Of a DNA stretch of 54,677 nt, positions 1-12,536 are shown in pieces (position 1 is the stretch's first letter; the number at the start of each line of letters is the position of its first letter). The position numbers and the translations under genes are program-made. Below the pieces are notes generated by a model that made no database searches, had not been told where the DNA came from, and worked only from the letters and a program-made list of their open reading frames with translations. This stretch comes from Octopus bimaculoides. Its lineage: Eukaryota. The stretch is taken from positions 31,502,286-31,556,962 of the forward strand of contig NC_068983.1 of NCBI RefSeq assembly GCF_001194135.2. Direction: 5' to 3'.

Positions 1-63
<63 letters not shown>

Positions 64-100
64 ATATATATATGTATATATATATATGTATATATATATA

Positions 101-352
101 TTCTTTTACTTCTTTCAATCATTTGACTGCATTCATGCTAAACCTCCGCCTTAAAGGGTTTAATTGAAGAAATCGCCACCTGGACTTATTCTTCGTAAGC
201 CTAGTATATCGACTTCTTTTACCGGAACCGCTGAATTACAGGGATATAAAAACACCAAGTTTATAGAAGACACTTGCCCAAAGTGCCACGCAGAGGGACT
301 GAACCCGGAACCATGTGGTTGGGAACAAAGCTTCTTACCACACAGCCACGCC
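101..352 (-). mobile_element. tRNA-derived SINE, family A
   Basis: Reverse complement of the head ggcgtggctgtgtggtaagaagc...gggttcagtccc...gggcaagtgtcttcta and the tail gcagtcaaatgattgaaagaagtaaaagaa seen at 627-997. Confidence 0.85.
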
Positions 353-626
353 TGCGAATATCACTTCGATATATATTTTGTTTTCAATACATATGCCTGT
401 AGGAGCAGCCATCTCCCCTAACGACGGCTGCCTAATTAGCTGCCCACTAGAGGCAAACGCAACATTAAGGTTCAGACACTCACCACTTCCTCTTTTCACC
501 TCGAGACGCCGGAGATCAAAGACATTACCTAGCTATCTCTCGCAGACTGCGGCAGCGAACACATGAACTTACGCAAACTCTTTCCATTATTATTCAATCT
601 GTATATATTTGAGACCGAGAGTAAAG

Positions 627-997
627 ACGCAGCAGTGGATCTGTGGTAAGTAGCTTGCTAAACAACCACATGGTTCCGGGTCTAGTCCCACTGCGTGGTA
701 CCTTGGGCAAGTGTCTTCTACTATAGCCTCGGGCCGACCAAAGCCTTGTGAGTGGATTTGGTAGATGGAAACTGAGAAGCCCGTCGTATATACATGTGTG
801 TGTGTGTTTGTACGTGACCCGCCATCGCTTGACAACCGATGCTGGTGTGTTTACGTCCCCGTAACTTAGCGGTTCGGCAAAAGAGACCGATAGAATAAGT
901 ACTAGGCTTACAAATACTAAGTCGTAGGGTCGATTTACTCGAGTAAAGGCGTTGCTCCAGCATGACCGCAGTCAAAATGATTGAAACAAGTAAAAGA
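627..997 (+). mobile_element. tRNA-derived SINE, family A (near full length)
   Basis: Pol III-like head, body ccttgggcaagtgtcttctactatagc, internal (GT)n and tail gaaacaagtaaaaga. Homologous to 101-352, 1960-2168, 11615-11914 and 17040-17410. Confidence 0.88.
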
Positions 998-1902
998 ACT
1001 TATAATGACTTCATTTAAGCATAGAGTAGATTCGAACCTAAATCTGTCAATTTCCTGTAACATTTCAACAGCACTTTTCTCACGGGGAAAACAATAGTGA
1101 CATTTAACATATGGCTTTACCAAGCCCATTTATGTCTTTGCCACTTGACCCTTCTAACCTATTCTATATCACCGAGAGGGGAATTGAAATAACATACCTA
1201 TTCTTCAAACTAATACCCCCATACTTATTCTTCAAACTAATAAATACAAGAACTCCGTAAGCCAACTCAACTGACAGAGAGAATGAGGCTGACCGGCTAA
1301 AACGAAATGCTGTCTCGACTGAAGTAACTTCACAAAGTGACAACTATGGAATTAACCAACGTAGAAGTTGTCTCGTCCCACATTCTCTCGCTTTCATTAG
1401 CTCAGTTTCTTTTCTCTGCAACATTACCATATCTCTCTCTATACACTATATTATAAGATCGTGTACACACATATGCAGGCCGAAAGTTCTTTACTTCGCA
1501 TGCTTTTCCACTTATATTATTACACACACCTGCCCGTTGAGGCATGGCATTATATTAAGTAACGGGAAATAAAAAAAAATTGGAGTCAACATCAACTTTG
1601 AATACTGTTCTTTTATCTTGCACATCTGCAACATCAACACTCATTACAATTGGTAACTGCCGACTCCAACTTATATCATTACACATACCGTTACATATAC
1701 ATTTATATTTATATATATTCTTCGTTTTGGGATTTGGTTTGCAAGATTCTTTATGTGAGTTCGTGTGTTGAAGCATATTTTGTTGTGTCTGGGGAGTCAT
1801 TCTCTTTTAGTGCCTTATTATTTAACACACTCACCGGTAAAGTTTCCACTCATTTATTCATTTAGTTATTTATTTTCCCTAAAATTTTCGTTGCGTCTTG
1901 CA

Positions 1903-1942
<40 letters not shown>

Positions 1943-1959
1943 ACGAGAGAGGCCTTTGT

Positions 1960-2168
1960 TCTGTATTTGGCCCCCACCGTCAAAATGACAACCGGTGTTG
2001 GTGTGTCTACATCCACGTAACCTAGCGTTTCAGTAAAAGAGTCCGATAGAATAAGTGCAAGGTTAAAAAAAGTAAGACCCGGAGTCGATTCATTCGACTA
2101 AATATTCTTCAAGTTAGTGCCCCAACATGGCTGCAGTCTAATGACTGAAATAAGTAAATGATAAAAGA
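1960..2168 (+). mobile_element. SINE family A, 3' half
   Basis: gacaaccggtgttggtgtg...ccgatagaataagt...gcagtctaatgactgaaataagtaaa matches the 3' half of 627-997. Confidence 0.8.
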
Positions 2169-2832
2169 TATATAATATATATTTGATCTCAACTGTACAT
2201 GGTTTCGGTTTAAGAAGCGGAAATGTGAAGTCACACATGAATTGCCACAACTACGCTGTATTAATTACGTATAATCCACGCGACTGATTTCAAAAAGAAC
2301 GTATCAGATTCTTTTGAAAGATCGAAAGTTCGAGCCTCTTCACTGATTTTCTATTTTTAGCACACAACTCCCCAATCCATTTTGCTGTAAAAAATAATTT
2401 TATGCGTATGTAAAATCCACTGATATGACTACGTTTGTATTGTGTAATTGACAAGTATTTTATTGACTTTCCGAATTGAATTCAAATACCAGTTAACTTA
2501 TTACTACATAGAGTATACATGGTATTAACCGTCATCGCATTCTGTATATGTACTACATTTCATATAAGTTCATTTTCAAAATACGAACACTATCATTCTC
2601 TAAATATGTGCACTAAATCAATGAGATATATACGAATTTCGAAAAAGAAAGATGATTGAATCGTTACTTTTGTGGTATATAATTACGTTTCTTTTGTGAT
2701 CTGAATTCAAATCTTGCTGAAGTCGAATTTAACGACCATCACTTTAGAGTCAATAAAAAGCGAGTATCAACCAGGGTCTATTACATGAAAAGTTCTAATG
2801 TAAGAAACTGTTGTGTATTATATTTCATACAG

Positions 2833-2980
2833 GGCTGGCCAGTTAGATTACCATATTGCACTGAATATAACAACTTATCTAAAGAAAGAAAGTGATTTCG
2901 TTCCTTGGAAAGCATTTCTAGATGGGCTGGAATTTGTCAATGCAATGTTGGATACCAGTGATTCCTACGGCAACTTCCAG
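2833..2980 (+). CDS. M1 aminopeptidase (aminopeptidase N-like), internal exon; gene starts upstream of the window
   Basis: Bounded by tttcatacAG and GTtag. Reads (R)AGQLDYHIALNITTYLKKESDFVPWKAFLDGLEFVNAMLDTSDSYGNFQ, matching the M1 pattern AG.LdY..AL....YL..E....PW. 148 nt, phase 2 in, phase 0 out. Confidence 0.92.
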
Positions 2981-3034
2981 GTTAGTTCAAATTGTATAAG
3001 GATCTGATTTTCCTCTCTGACTCTTCTTCTACCT

Positions 3035-3065
<31 letters not shown>

Positions 3066-3764
3066 ACACACACACTCACACACATACACATATTCATACA
3101 ATACACTTGCACATGCATGCACACAAACAAACACGGAACCTGTTTACTCATATTTCTTCACGCCATATGTGTGTGTGTGTGAGAGGGAGAGAGAGAGAGA
3201 AGACAGACACACAGACAGACAGACAGACAGACACACAGACACACAGACACACAGACACACGGACAGACAGACACACAGACAGACAGACAGACACACAGAC
3301 AGACAGACACACAGACAGACAGACACACAGAGAGCGTTATGGATGTATATGTAACAGAATAATTATGTTCGAAATATATCTGATGTTGAGGTATATGAGC
3401 GTATGTGTGGGACGGGTATTTGTGTATGTATGTATAACCAAACCATATATGGTAGTTGTTGACATAAATGATTAGTATACCGGCAAGGAATAATCAAAAG
3501 AACGAAGTGGTGACTTTATATAATCGAGAAATATTAACTATCTTGGAAAGGTAACAAAATACCTTTATGTACTATACGGCGTTGAGAGAGATATAATAAG
3601 CTATAATAAGAAGTATATAATAGTTTTACCCAGTAAAATAACGCAAAACTCATTATTTCATCGGTTAAATTAATTCAAATGATATTTGCATTAAAATATT
3701 ACAGTCTTGAATCAAAACAGGGAGTTCTCAATGTTCAATGGAACATAGTTTTACATATGTATGT

Positions 3765-3840
<76 letters not shown>

Positions 3841-4357
3841 CAGCAGTATCCGCACCGGGCGGTGTTTAGACATACGCGAACTTTAGTTAAAATATGTTTT
3901 GTGACATTTCAACTTCTAAATGCAAATTTACTGCAGTTACCATGAAGAAAAATATCCTCTCTTATGATAAAAAAAAAGTGTAAGAACACTATATTTGCCT
4001 AGTGCTGCCCCTATACGACTCCCAGGCGCATTTCTAGCTAGCTTTTTAGCCGTTATCAATGGAAAATACCGAAGAAAGGCAACTCTGGATAGACTTAATT
4101 AAAAACCGTAGCTTTAACTAAAACAGTCAACAACATTGACTGAGTTGCGTCATTAGACTGCAAGGTTGGGAAAAATTACAGCAGTATCAGCACGATGCAA
4201 TGTTTAGACATGAGCGAACTTCTCCACTGTAACTGCAGTGAATTTGCCTTTAAAAGTTGAAATGTATCACGAACATAATTTAATAACCAAAATTTTGCTT
4301 ATGCCAAAACACTACTTGAAAAATTAACGTGCAAGTGAGCACTCCACAGTGAAAGGC

Positions 4358-4480
4358 GTATGGCTTGGTGATTAAGGTATCCTGCTCACGACCGTATGGC
4401 CGTGAGTTTGATATCATCACGTTGTGTCCTTGAGCAAGACGACACTTTATTTCGCGTTGTTCCAGTCCACTCAGCTGGCA
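4358..4480 (+). mobile_element. tRNA-derived SINE head, family C
   Basis: ggcgtatggcttggtgattaagg...gtgtccttgagcaagac..actttatttcgcgttgttccagtccactcagctg matches the head of the 44795-45162 element. Confidence 0.75.
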
Positions 4481-4515
<35 letters not shown>

Positions 4516-4602
4516 TGCGTGCTTGTATACATATATATGTACATCTAGACCTACATGCATAAATGTATACAAATATACATACACACAAACACATTCATTC
4601 AC

Positions 4603-4669
<67 letters not shown>

Positions 4670-4670
<1 letters not shown>

Positions 4671-5985
4671 TAGCTGTCGGACCGGCGTTGTTCGTGTTTT
4701 CCGTGTTGAAGTTAAGCCCATCTCTGACCTTGTATTAAAATCTTCTACGTTCCCCGTGCTAACTAGTACCCATTAAGATGTTATAGATGGTTCGGCACGG
4801 ATTTTACCCGCTTAACGCTTACGGCATACTTCTACATACTGGACTGTCTGAAAATCGCAGTCAAACTTTTGGGTGTACCTCGACCCGTTGAGAGTGATGT
4901 TTGTTTATTTTTCTCCCCTTAATGCCACCCTTTATACAAAATTGATCAGCGTGTTCAATCTCAGCAAAATCTGAAGTGTTAAGGTTATGTCATAAAATAG
5001 AATGCATGTGACCATTTACATGAAAATATCTCATTGACTTTTAAATCCCAATACATTATATGAATAATCGAAGTTTCATATGTCGAAGTGTTTAATTTTA
5101 CTCATGGGTCAACTTCTTCAAAATCAGTTCATTATTTTATTGTGAGTGAATTTTGACGATTTCTTCCTTTCAGTAGTTTAATTTCAATTCCACTACATGA
5201 CTCCGACTATAAACTTTACCTAAATGTCAAGTTTCATCAAAATCAGATGAATTCTATGAAAGTTACAGCATAAAATATTAATCCTATGGGTAATTGCATA
5301 CAAAAAGCCAATTCATTTCTTAAAATCCCTCGCTTACGCGCAGTTATCGAATTTTTGTCAACTCTTCATCAACTAATGGACATGAACTGTAATCACATGT
5401 AAAATTTCTACAAAATCGATAAGAACGTCTCTAAGGAAATGCTTACTTGCATTTGTGCCCTTTTCAAGCCCTTTTGGATTAAATAAACACCTTTACCGTC
5501 TCTTCCACCACAAAATTTACCTATATCTCAAATTTCATTAAATTCGGATAAAAAATATAAAAGTTACGACCAAAAATAAAATCCCTATGGGGGATTTGCA
5601 CGCAAAAAGCCTATTGATTTTATAAAACCACTGCTCAGGCGCAATTATCGATTTATTGTCAATGCCATATGCTGACATGAACTCAATACCATGAGCCTCG
5701 CTCACTCATCTATTTTCATCAAAATCGGACAAAAAGGCAAAAGCTGCAGGAAAAATAACATCGTTATGGGAATTTCCACCCAAACGTCCAATTGAGCTCA
5801 CAAAAAATCAATGCCAATTGAGCAATATCGAGTTTTCGAAAAATTCCGGCCTTATTTGAACTTCAGGGCATGAGATCTACCTATGTATCAAAAATCATTA
5901 AAATCGTTTGGACAGCGTCGAAGGAGTTAGAGTAACCCCCAAACACACACACAGACACACACCACTATACATTTATGTTTATACA
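4670..5985 (-). mobile_element. Non-autonomous Helitron-like element with internal degenerate repeats
   Basis: Minus-strand 3' end ...caacgccggtccgacagCTAG|T is a Helitron-type terminus. Repeated aa(g/a)tttcatcaaaatc(a/g)g motifs occur at ~5229, 5401, 5530, 5712 and 5890, with a (CA)n and AT-rich far end as in non-autonomous Helitrons. Confidence 0.6.
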
Positions 5986-6001
5986 TACATACATACATAC
6001 A

Positions 6002-6032
<31 letters not shown>

Positions 6033-6207
6033 GTGGAAGGAGTTACAGACAGATAAAGATTGTAGAAAGAGAATTTAAATATAGAAACGTTCGATTGGAA
6101 TATGGTGAATAATGCAGTCAGCGCATTTACTTCATTATTTTCTTTAAAATAATTTCAAACAGAAAAACATATTGGCATTTTCCATTTTTCATATTTTCTA
6201 TTTTCAG

Positions 6208-6281
6208 AAATATTTAACTGACATGGTTACCCCAGTTTTTAAGAAAATAAAATTAAACGGAAAAGGAACTTTGCCCCAGAG
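6208..6281 (+). CDS. M1 aminopeptidase exon
   Basis: Bounded by ttttctattttcAG and GTtag. Reads KYLTDMVTPVFKKIKLNGKGTLPQ(R). 74 nt, phase 0 to 2, in frame with both neighbours. Confidence 0.85.
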
Positions 6282-7002
6282 GTTAGTGTCTCAGAAACTG
6301 TTTTTCATTTTTCTGATCATTTTGCTTTTGAATCTATTTGCTGTCGCGTTTACTTTTCTCCATTTTTAAAATTCTTGCATAAGAATTTGAATGTATTCTT
6401 GTTAGAGCATATATATTAGCCTTAAAATGATTTTCTCGTGACTTCAGTTCCCTGATTCCTACTCTTTCAAGTGACTGCCTTCGCATATTCACTCTAGCTT
6501 TATATAGTATATTGAATTCGTCCTGTTGTGTGTGGTTGTTCCTTTTTCATTGGCTATTCCTTCGCTGTTTTTGTTTCTTTTGATTACGTCTGACATGTTG
6601 TGGATTTGCTGTCACTGAATGTTATTCTGTTAATTTTCCTTCTTTGTTACACGTTCTGTTGCTTATTGTCGTTTTGTCATTTCGTTAGTCAAATTGTTCG
6701 TCACTTTTATCGTTTCTCTGGTTGGTAGTGTATTTGATTCAATAAATTGTCGTTGGCCACTTAATTATCCAGTGAGGTCGGAACTGGCTATATATTATTT
6801 TTTCTGCAAAACGTTAACAAAGGATATAAAGAAATTAGTAAACGACCATCTCAGTCAAGGCCAAACATGATCGATCAACACAAAATGTCAAATGAACTGA
6901 CGACTAAGGAAAACGACAGCATGATAATAATCAGTTAAAAAGTAACAAAGTCAGGAATTAATACACAAAAGATGAACCCGATTGAATGCATATATACCCC
7001 GC

Positions 7003-7071
<69 letters not shown>

Positions 7072-7478
7072 GAATGTCCAAATATAGTCCCTAGAAAGAA
7101 TGTGTAGTGCGAAACTTGACACAAGTGAAAACGTTGTGTATTGAGTATTTTATCTTTCAAGTAAAAGCGCGTATGTGTCAAGCGGGGATAGTAGATACAG
7201 TAGTAAAAAAATTATAATTATACTGCTTGAAGAACTGATTAACACTAGTCTTGCTCAATTTAATGATTAATATGGCGAACCAACTTTAAGCAATCTTCAA
7301 GCATTATCATGCTAATTAAAGAATTAAGTTAAACAGAGCTTCATATCTAATTTTACAGAGATTCCATTTTATAAATGGCTTTTTACTGTGATTAGACACG
7401 ATTTTCGGTTAGTTGGCATTGAGCGGTAGTTTAAGCTACTGACGAGTTGGAATCTAAGTTCATCATATAAAACTTTAA

Positions 7479-8311
7479 TCTATATATAGATAATACAGAT
7501 GTCTGACTGTGTAACTGCATGTAATTCTGCATTTTACAACCGATTTGCACCAAATTTCATACATAGGTTTCTGAAGTCCTATTACACATCGTAGGCTATT
7601 TTATTTTTCCGTACATCGATTGTGGGGCCCCCTAGGATTAGATAACCCTCTTAAGCCTCTCTCTTAGAGTCAGCAGTACTACTGCATAAAGGCCCCATAA
7701 TTCCTGCAGCTTGCCTCCCATCCTCACCAAAATTAATCTTTTGTTTGCTTATGGCCTACAAATAAAGTTTCAGGCATGCACTTCCGCAAAAATTCAGGTA
7801 GGGGACCCCCTTGGAGGAGGGGCAGTAAACGGATTTTGATAAGTGCTGAAGTTGATATCATCAATGCAAGAAAACTTATTGCGACTTAAGATAGGTACCC
7901 CTGTCGTGCTCCTCAAGATTTCCACCACCACCACCACCACCACCACCAGGCTTTGCAACAGTACGCTTCTGGTCGTCCAAAAAGTGATACCTCATGTTAT
8001 TGAAGCAACAATACTTACAGGATGTGGTAAGGGGGATACTGTCTTCATACTTAGGATACCTCTCATTCCATTCGGTAAAAAAAACTGCTTTCACATTCAG
8101 AAGGCTACAATTCCCTCTCCGGCTCAGTTTCGCCATTTCGATTAACAAATCACAGGGTCAGACGCTGGCAGTCGTAGGGCTTAATTTAGAAGAACCGTAC
8201 TTCTCCCATGGGCGACTTGTTGGCTGCTGTCGAGTGGGGAACCGACATAACCTATTTGCTTTTGCAACTCGCGAGAAAACCCAAAATATAGTCTACAAGG
8301 AAGTTTTGTAG
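7479..8311 (+). mobile_element. Helitron deletion derivative: 5' TC terminus plus frameshifted C-terminal PIF1-like helicase; 3' end not located
   Basis: Begins A|TCTATATATAGATAATACAGATGTCTGACTG...accgatttgcaccaaatttc. 7850-8311 encodes LKIGTPVVLL..RLCN..IEATILTGCGKG.VFI.RIPLIP and FRRLQFPLRLSFAISINKSQGQTL..VGLNLEEPYFSHG..KTQNIVYKEVL, i.e. PIF1/RepHel motifs V-VI. Confidence 0.9.
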
Positions 8312-8665
8312 GCGCCCAATCCGCCAACAAGTAATCACTGTTTTTTTGTATAAGTGTATTTGCTGTATCTGTGTACTATTTTTGTCCTTTTGACAATACC
8401 TCTGGCGTTATTTTTGCTATACGTTATAAATGTTCAATGTTTCCGTTTTCCGTTTTCCGCATTTATATGTTGCTATTATGCTTTGCTATCGAATGTTCCG
8501 TAGTTTTAATTTAATTAATCTTCTTTTCCCTACATCTTATTTACACATTTATTTTGACATTCCAACGTGATCTTGCCAAGGCCGTTTTTGTGGCCACAGA
8601 CTTTTACATGCTTTTCTAGGTTACGATCTCAAATAACAAGCAAAGCAAATACGACACACCAAAGT

Positions 8666-9052
8666 GGTGTGAAGGACTTCTTAAGGACCACCACCTCTAA
8701 TCGGATTCGCCTTTGCTGAACGATCCAAGACCCTCTTCAGGGTCACCAAGTTTAAATTGTTACCAATCTCGGATTAATCTTTCCTGGCAGCACCACTGCT
8801 GAGATAATTCAAAGTGAACGTTAAAAGGTCCTTTTCAGGGCCACCAACTACAAAATTCTTATCACTGGATTCATCTTTACTGGCAACACTGCTGCTGGAA
8901 CTTTTAAGAGTGAATGATCCAAGGCTCTCTTCAAGGCCAGCAAGATTAAGTTGTTACCATCGGATTCGTCTTTGCTGGAAGCACTGCCGCAGAAATATTT
9001 CATAGTGAACGTTCAAAGGCCCTATTTAGGGCCAACACCTGTAAATTATTAC
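8666..9052. repeat. Degenerate tandem repeat, ~96-bp monomer with alternating A/B units
   Basis: Units start at 8716, 8814, 8910 and 9005 (98, 96, 95 bp, then partial). Units 1 and 3 share gaaYgatccaagRcYctcttca; units 2 and 4 share gtgaacgtt.aaagg.cc. Confidence 0.75.
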
Positions 9053-9903
9053 TTTTATAGTCGTTTGTGATGGAAGTGTTTGGATTCATTTGAGTACAAC
9101 TTTCAAATGATTAGACGACTAGATTGATATGCAAGAGACATGAATAATTATATTTCTAATGGTCTTCTGTATTTCTACGAGAGCATTTCAGTGAAATGTG
9201 CTAATAAAATAAAAATTAATATAAAATGGATACAATATGCAGGGGCTATAAGAAGTGGCTATAACCGATCGTTCAGAAGTTCGTAGAGATAAAAAAAAAA
9301 AGCCCCTCCCTTAAATAAACAAGACGTCACTGCCCCTTCAATTACATTATTCTACAAAGATTAGTATTTTCTTAGCTTTTTTAGGGAAACCTACTTATTT
9401 TCCCAATGAAGCAAACAATTACTTCACCCTGTAGAAAAATGAGTGATAAAATCTATGAATTTCCTTAATATTATGCTTTACATTCTTCTAAGCTGAAACT
9501 TACTACTCTTACCTTCCCACAATCAGAACTTGCTGATTCAACTACTCTTTCAACACAAAGATAATAGATAATTTACAAATGGTATTCTTAGAACTATTTA
9601 TGTTTCTTGTTGAACGAAACATATCAGTCACTACAGGAAAAAGTTTATTTTGCGCTGGTTAACATTAGGTGTGTATGTCTGAATGTATATGATTGTATGC
9701 ATGTTATGTATGTATATTCACGCATTGTGAATACCCATACAGATAGCACATATACACACGTTATACAACATGCACACACACATTCACGCACACACACACA
9801 TACACACACACACACACATATCATCATCAATTATCGTCCGTCTTCTATGCTTGACTGCGCCAAGTTCTAATATCTGATTGTAGACAGACAGACATACAGG
9901 TAA

Positions 9904-9904
<1 letters not shown>

Positions 9905-9949
<45 letters not shown>

Positions 9950-10031
9950 GGATGGATGGATGGATGGATGGATGGATGGATGGACGGACGGACGGACGGA
10001 TGGATGGATGGATGGATGGATGGATGGATGG
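9905..10031. repeat. Compound tetranucleotide microsatellite (GATA)n(GGAT)n(GGAC)n
   Basis: Directly visible tandem arrays. Confidence 0.95.
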
Positions 10032-10863
10032 ATATGTACATATCTGTGTATGTGTGTGTATGTAAAGATACGCACAAGGTTTCTTTCTTTCTTTATTTAC
10101 TTATTTATTGATGTATTTACTTCTTGAAACATATAACGGGCAAACTATTTGAAAAATATGAATTATCCACGTGACATTGTTATGATCTAAAATTCCATCT
10201 AGAACAATCCAGAAGAAAATATAAGCAATTCACTTTAAACACAACGAACCGGCAGTGAGACTGTTTTTAGCAGATCCCCAAATGGGGCTCATAGCAGTCA
10301 ATGGGTTAATGTAGTATTAGCAAACTCAAACATCATAAACATTTTTAAGAATCCTAACTTGATTTGCTGATTTAACAAAACTGAGTGTTGAATTGTGAGG
10401 GAATTCATTGCCAGTGAAATTGATTTCAGTAGTATTTGCTGGTCAAAAGCCAGAAAAGAGCATTTCATTTGTTGATTTCACTTTCCGTTGTTTTGTATAA
10501 AGCATATCTTTATCTGAACGTTCTGGCGCACAAGGAATAAAGCATTTGCGAAAATCTACCTTTAGTTGCATTCAGATAACCTGGATGTAACCAGCAGGTT
10601 TATTTATGCTTCCATAATCGCACAACAAAAGCTGTCTACTTTATACGTTATCATAAGGTCCATTTAAATCTTGAATCCGAAATGTTGAGCCCCTTCACAC
10701 GAGCCGGAAAATAGTCTTGTTCCATCTTGCAAAATTACTCTCATAGCCCCTTACTATATCTTTATATTTATGTGTATATGTATAATATTTCTTTTGTGTA
10801 GCTACTATCATATTCATGCTCTCTGTCTCTGTCTGTCTCTCTCTCTCACACACTCTCTTTCTC

Positions 10864-10942
<79 letters not shown>

Positions 10943-11002
10943 CACACACACACACACACACACTCTCTCTCTCTCACTCTTTCAATTTCTCTCTTTTATC
11001 AG

Positions 11003-11107
11003 ATATATGCGAAGGTTGATATTAAATGCTGCTTGCAATCTAGAAATCCCAGAAGCAGTGCAATATGCCACCAAGATGTTCAAAGACTGGATGGAGACTG
11101 GACGACA
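11003..11107 (+). CDS. M1 aminopeptidase exon
   Basis: Bounded by ctcttttatcAG and GTaaga. Reads (R)YMRRLILNAACNLEIPEAVQYATKMFKDWMETGR(Q), typical of ERAP1_C (AC......C/A...A...F..W). 105 nt, phase 2 to 2. Confidence 0.92.
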
Positions 11108-11614
11108 GTAAGATATATTTCTATTTTACATATTCTTTTATTCATCTGCCCAACTGGCTGCGGTCAAGCTGAATCACTACAATTAATGCCGCTGCAGCTT
11201 TCATTCTGAGTTTGATATCTGAGAGAGTGAGGTGACAATTCTTCAAAATATGTCTTTTAGTATAACGTAGATTTTTCTGGGGTGTTCTAACTGAATGTGT
11301 TCTAACTGAATGTGTTGATAACTAGTTCATGTACACTATCTTATACTTTACAAGAAGATACAAAATAACATTTTATATGCTACATAATATAAATGTTTGG
11401 GATATAAGGTATGGATTATATACCTTTTGCTCTTGAACTAATTATGCTTAATTCCTTTTCAGTATAATATATGTAAGGCATGCTGAGAAAGTGTCATCCA
11501 TACCCACAGATTACTAATACTTTGCGACTGAAAATTTACACCTACCTACACACACATACATACACAAACAGACATACATACATACATACATAATATGTCT
11601 TATACCAATTTTTA

Positions 11615-11914
11615 TCTTTTACTTGTTTCAGTCATTGGATCACGGATATGCTGGCCACTGCCTTAAAGAGATTAGTCGAACAAATCGATCCCAGTAGTTA
11701 CTTTTTAAAGTCCGGTACTTATTCTATCGGCATCGTTTGCCCAAACCGCTAAGTTGCGAGAATTTAAACAAACTAACATAGGTTTTCGAAACATACAATC
11801 ACAAGGCATTGGCTGGCCGGGGGCTATTGTAAAAAAAACACCTGTCCAAAGAGCCGCGCGGAGGAATTGAACCCGAAACCATGTGGTTGTTTGTGAACTT
11901 CGTAACCACACAGC
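11615..11914 (-). mobile_element. SINE family A
   Basis: Reverse complement of the family A head (gctgtgtggttacgaagt..aaccacatggtttcgggttcaattcc) and tail (tgactgaaacaagtaaaaga). Confidence 0.82.
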
Positions 11915-11991
11915 TACATATGTGTCTATGAGTGTATATATATATATGATATATACACATATACATACACACACACTCACACATACATACA

Positions 11992-12046
<55 letters not shown>

Positions 12047-12494
12047 NNNNNNNNNNNNNNNNNNNNNNNNNNNNNNNNNNNNNNNNNNNNNNNNNNNNNN
12101 NNNNNNNNNNNNNNNNNNNNNNNNNNNNNNNNNNNNNNNNNNNNNNNNNNNNNNNNNNNNNNNNNNNNNNNNNNNNNNNNNNNNNNNNNNNNNNNNNNNN
12201 NNNNNNNNNNNNNNNNNNNNNNNNNNNNNNNNNNNNNNNNNNNNNNNNNNNNNNNNNNNNNNNNNNNNNNNNNNNNNNNNNNNNNNNNNNNNNNNNNNNN
12301 NNNNNNNNNNNNNNNNNNNNNNNNNNNNNNNNNNNNNNNNNNNNNNNNNNNNNNNNNNNNNNNNNNNNNNNNNNNNNNNNNNNNNNNNNNNNNNNNNNAA
12401 ATAAAGCTCCTTGCTCAAAAGCACAATGCACCGCCAGAAATCGAACTCACGACCAAATATTCGTGAGCCGAATACCCTCATCAATAAGGCATGT

Positions 12495-12536
<42 letters not shown>

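Noticed and set aside
1555-1700. Minus-strand ORF tail PIVMSVDVADVQDKRTVFKVDVDSNFFLFPVT
   Set aside because: Reads protein-like, but has no recognisable family, no convincing acceptor and no partner exon.
8560-8625. Possible Helitron 3' end (ggcc..ggcc hairpin, later CTAG)
   Set aside because: The hairpin is weak and too far from the CTAG, so the terminus is left unassigned.
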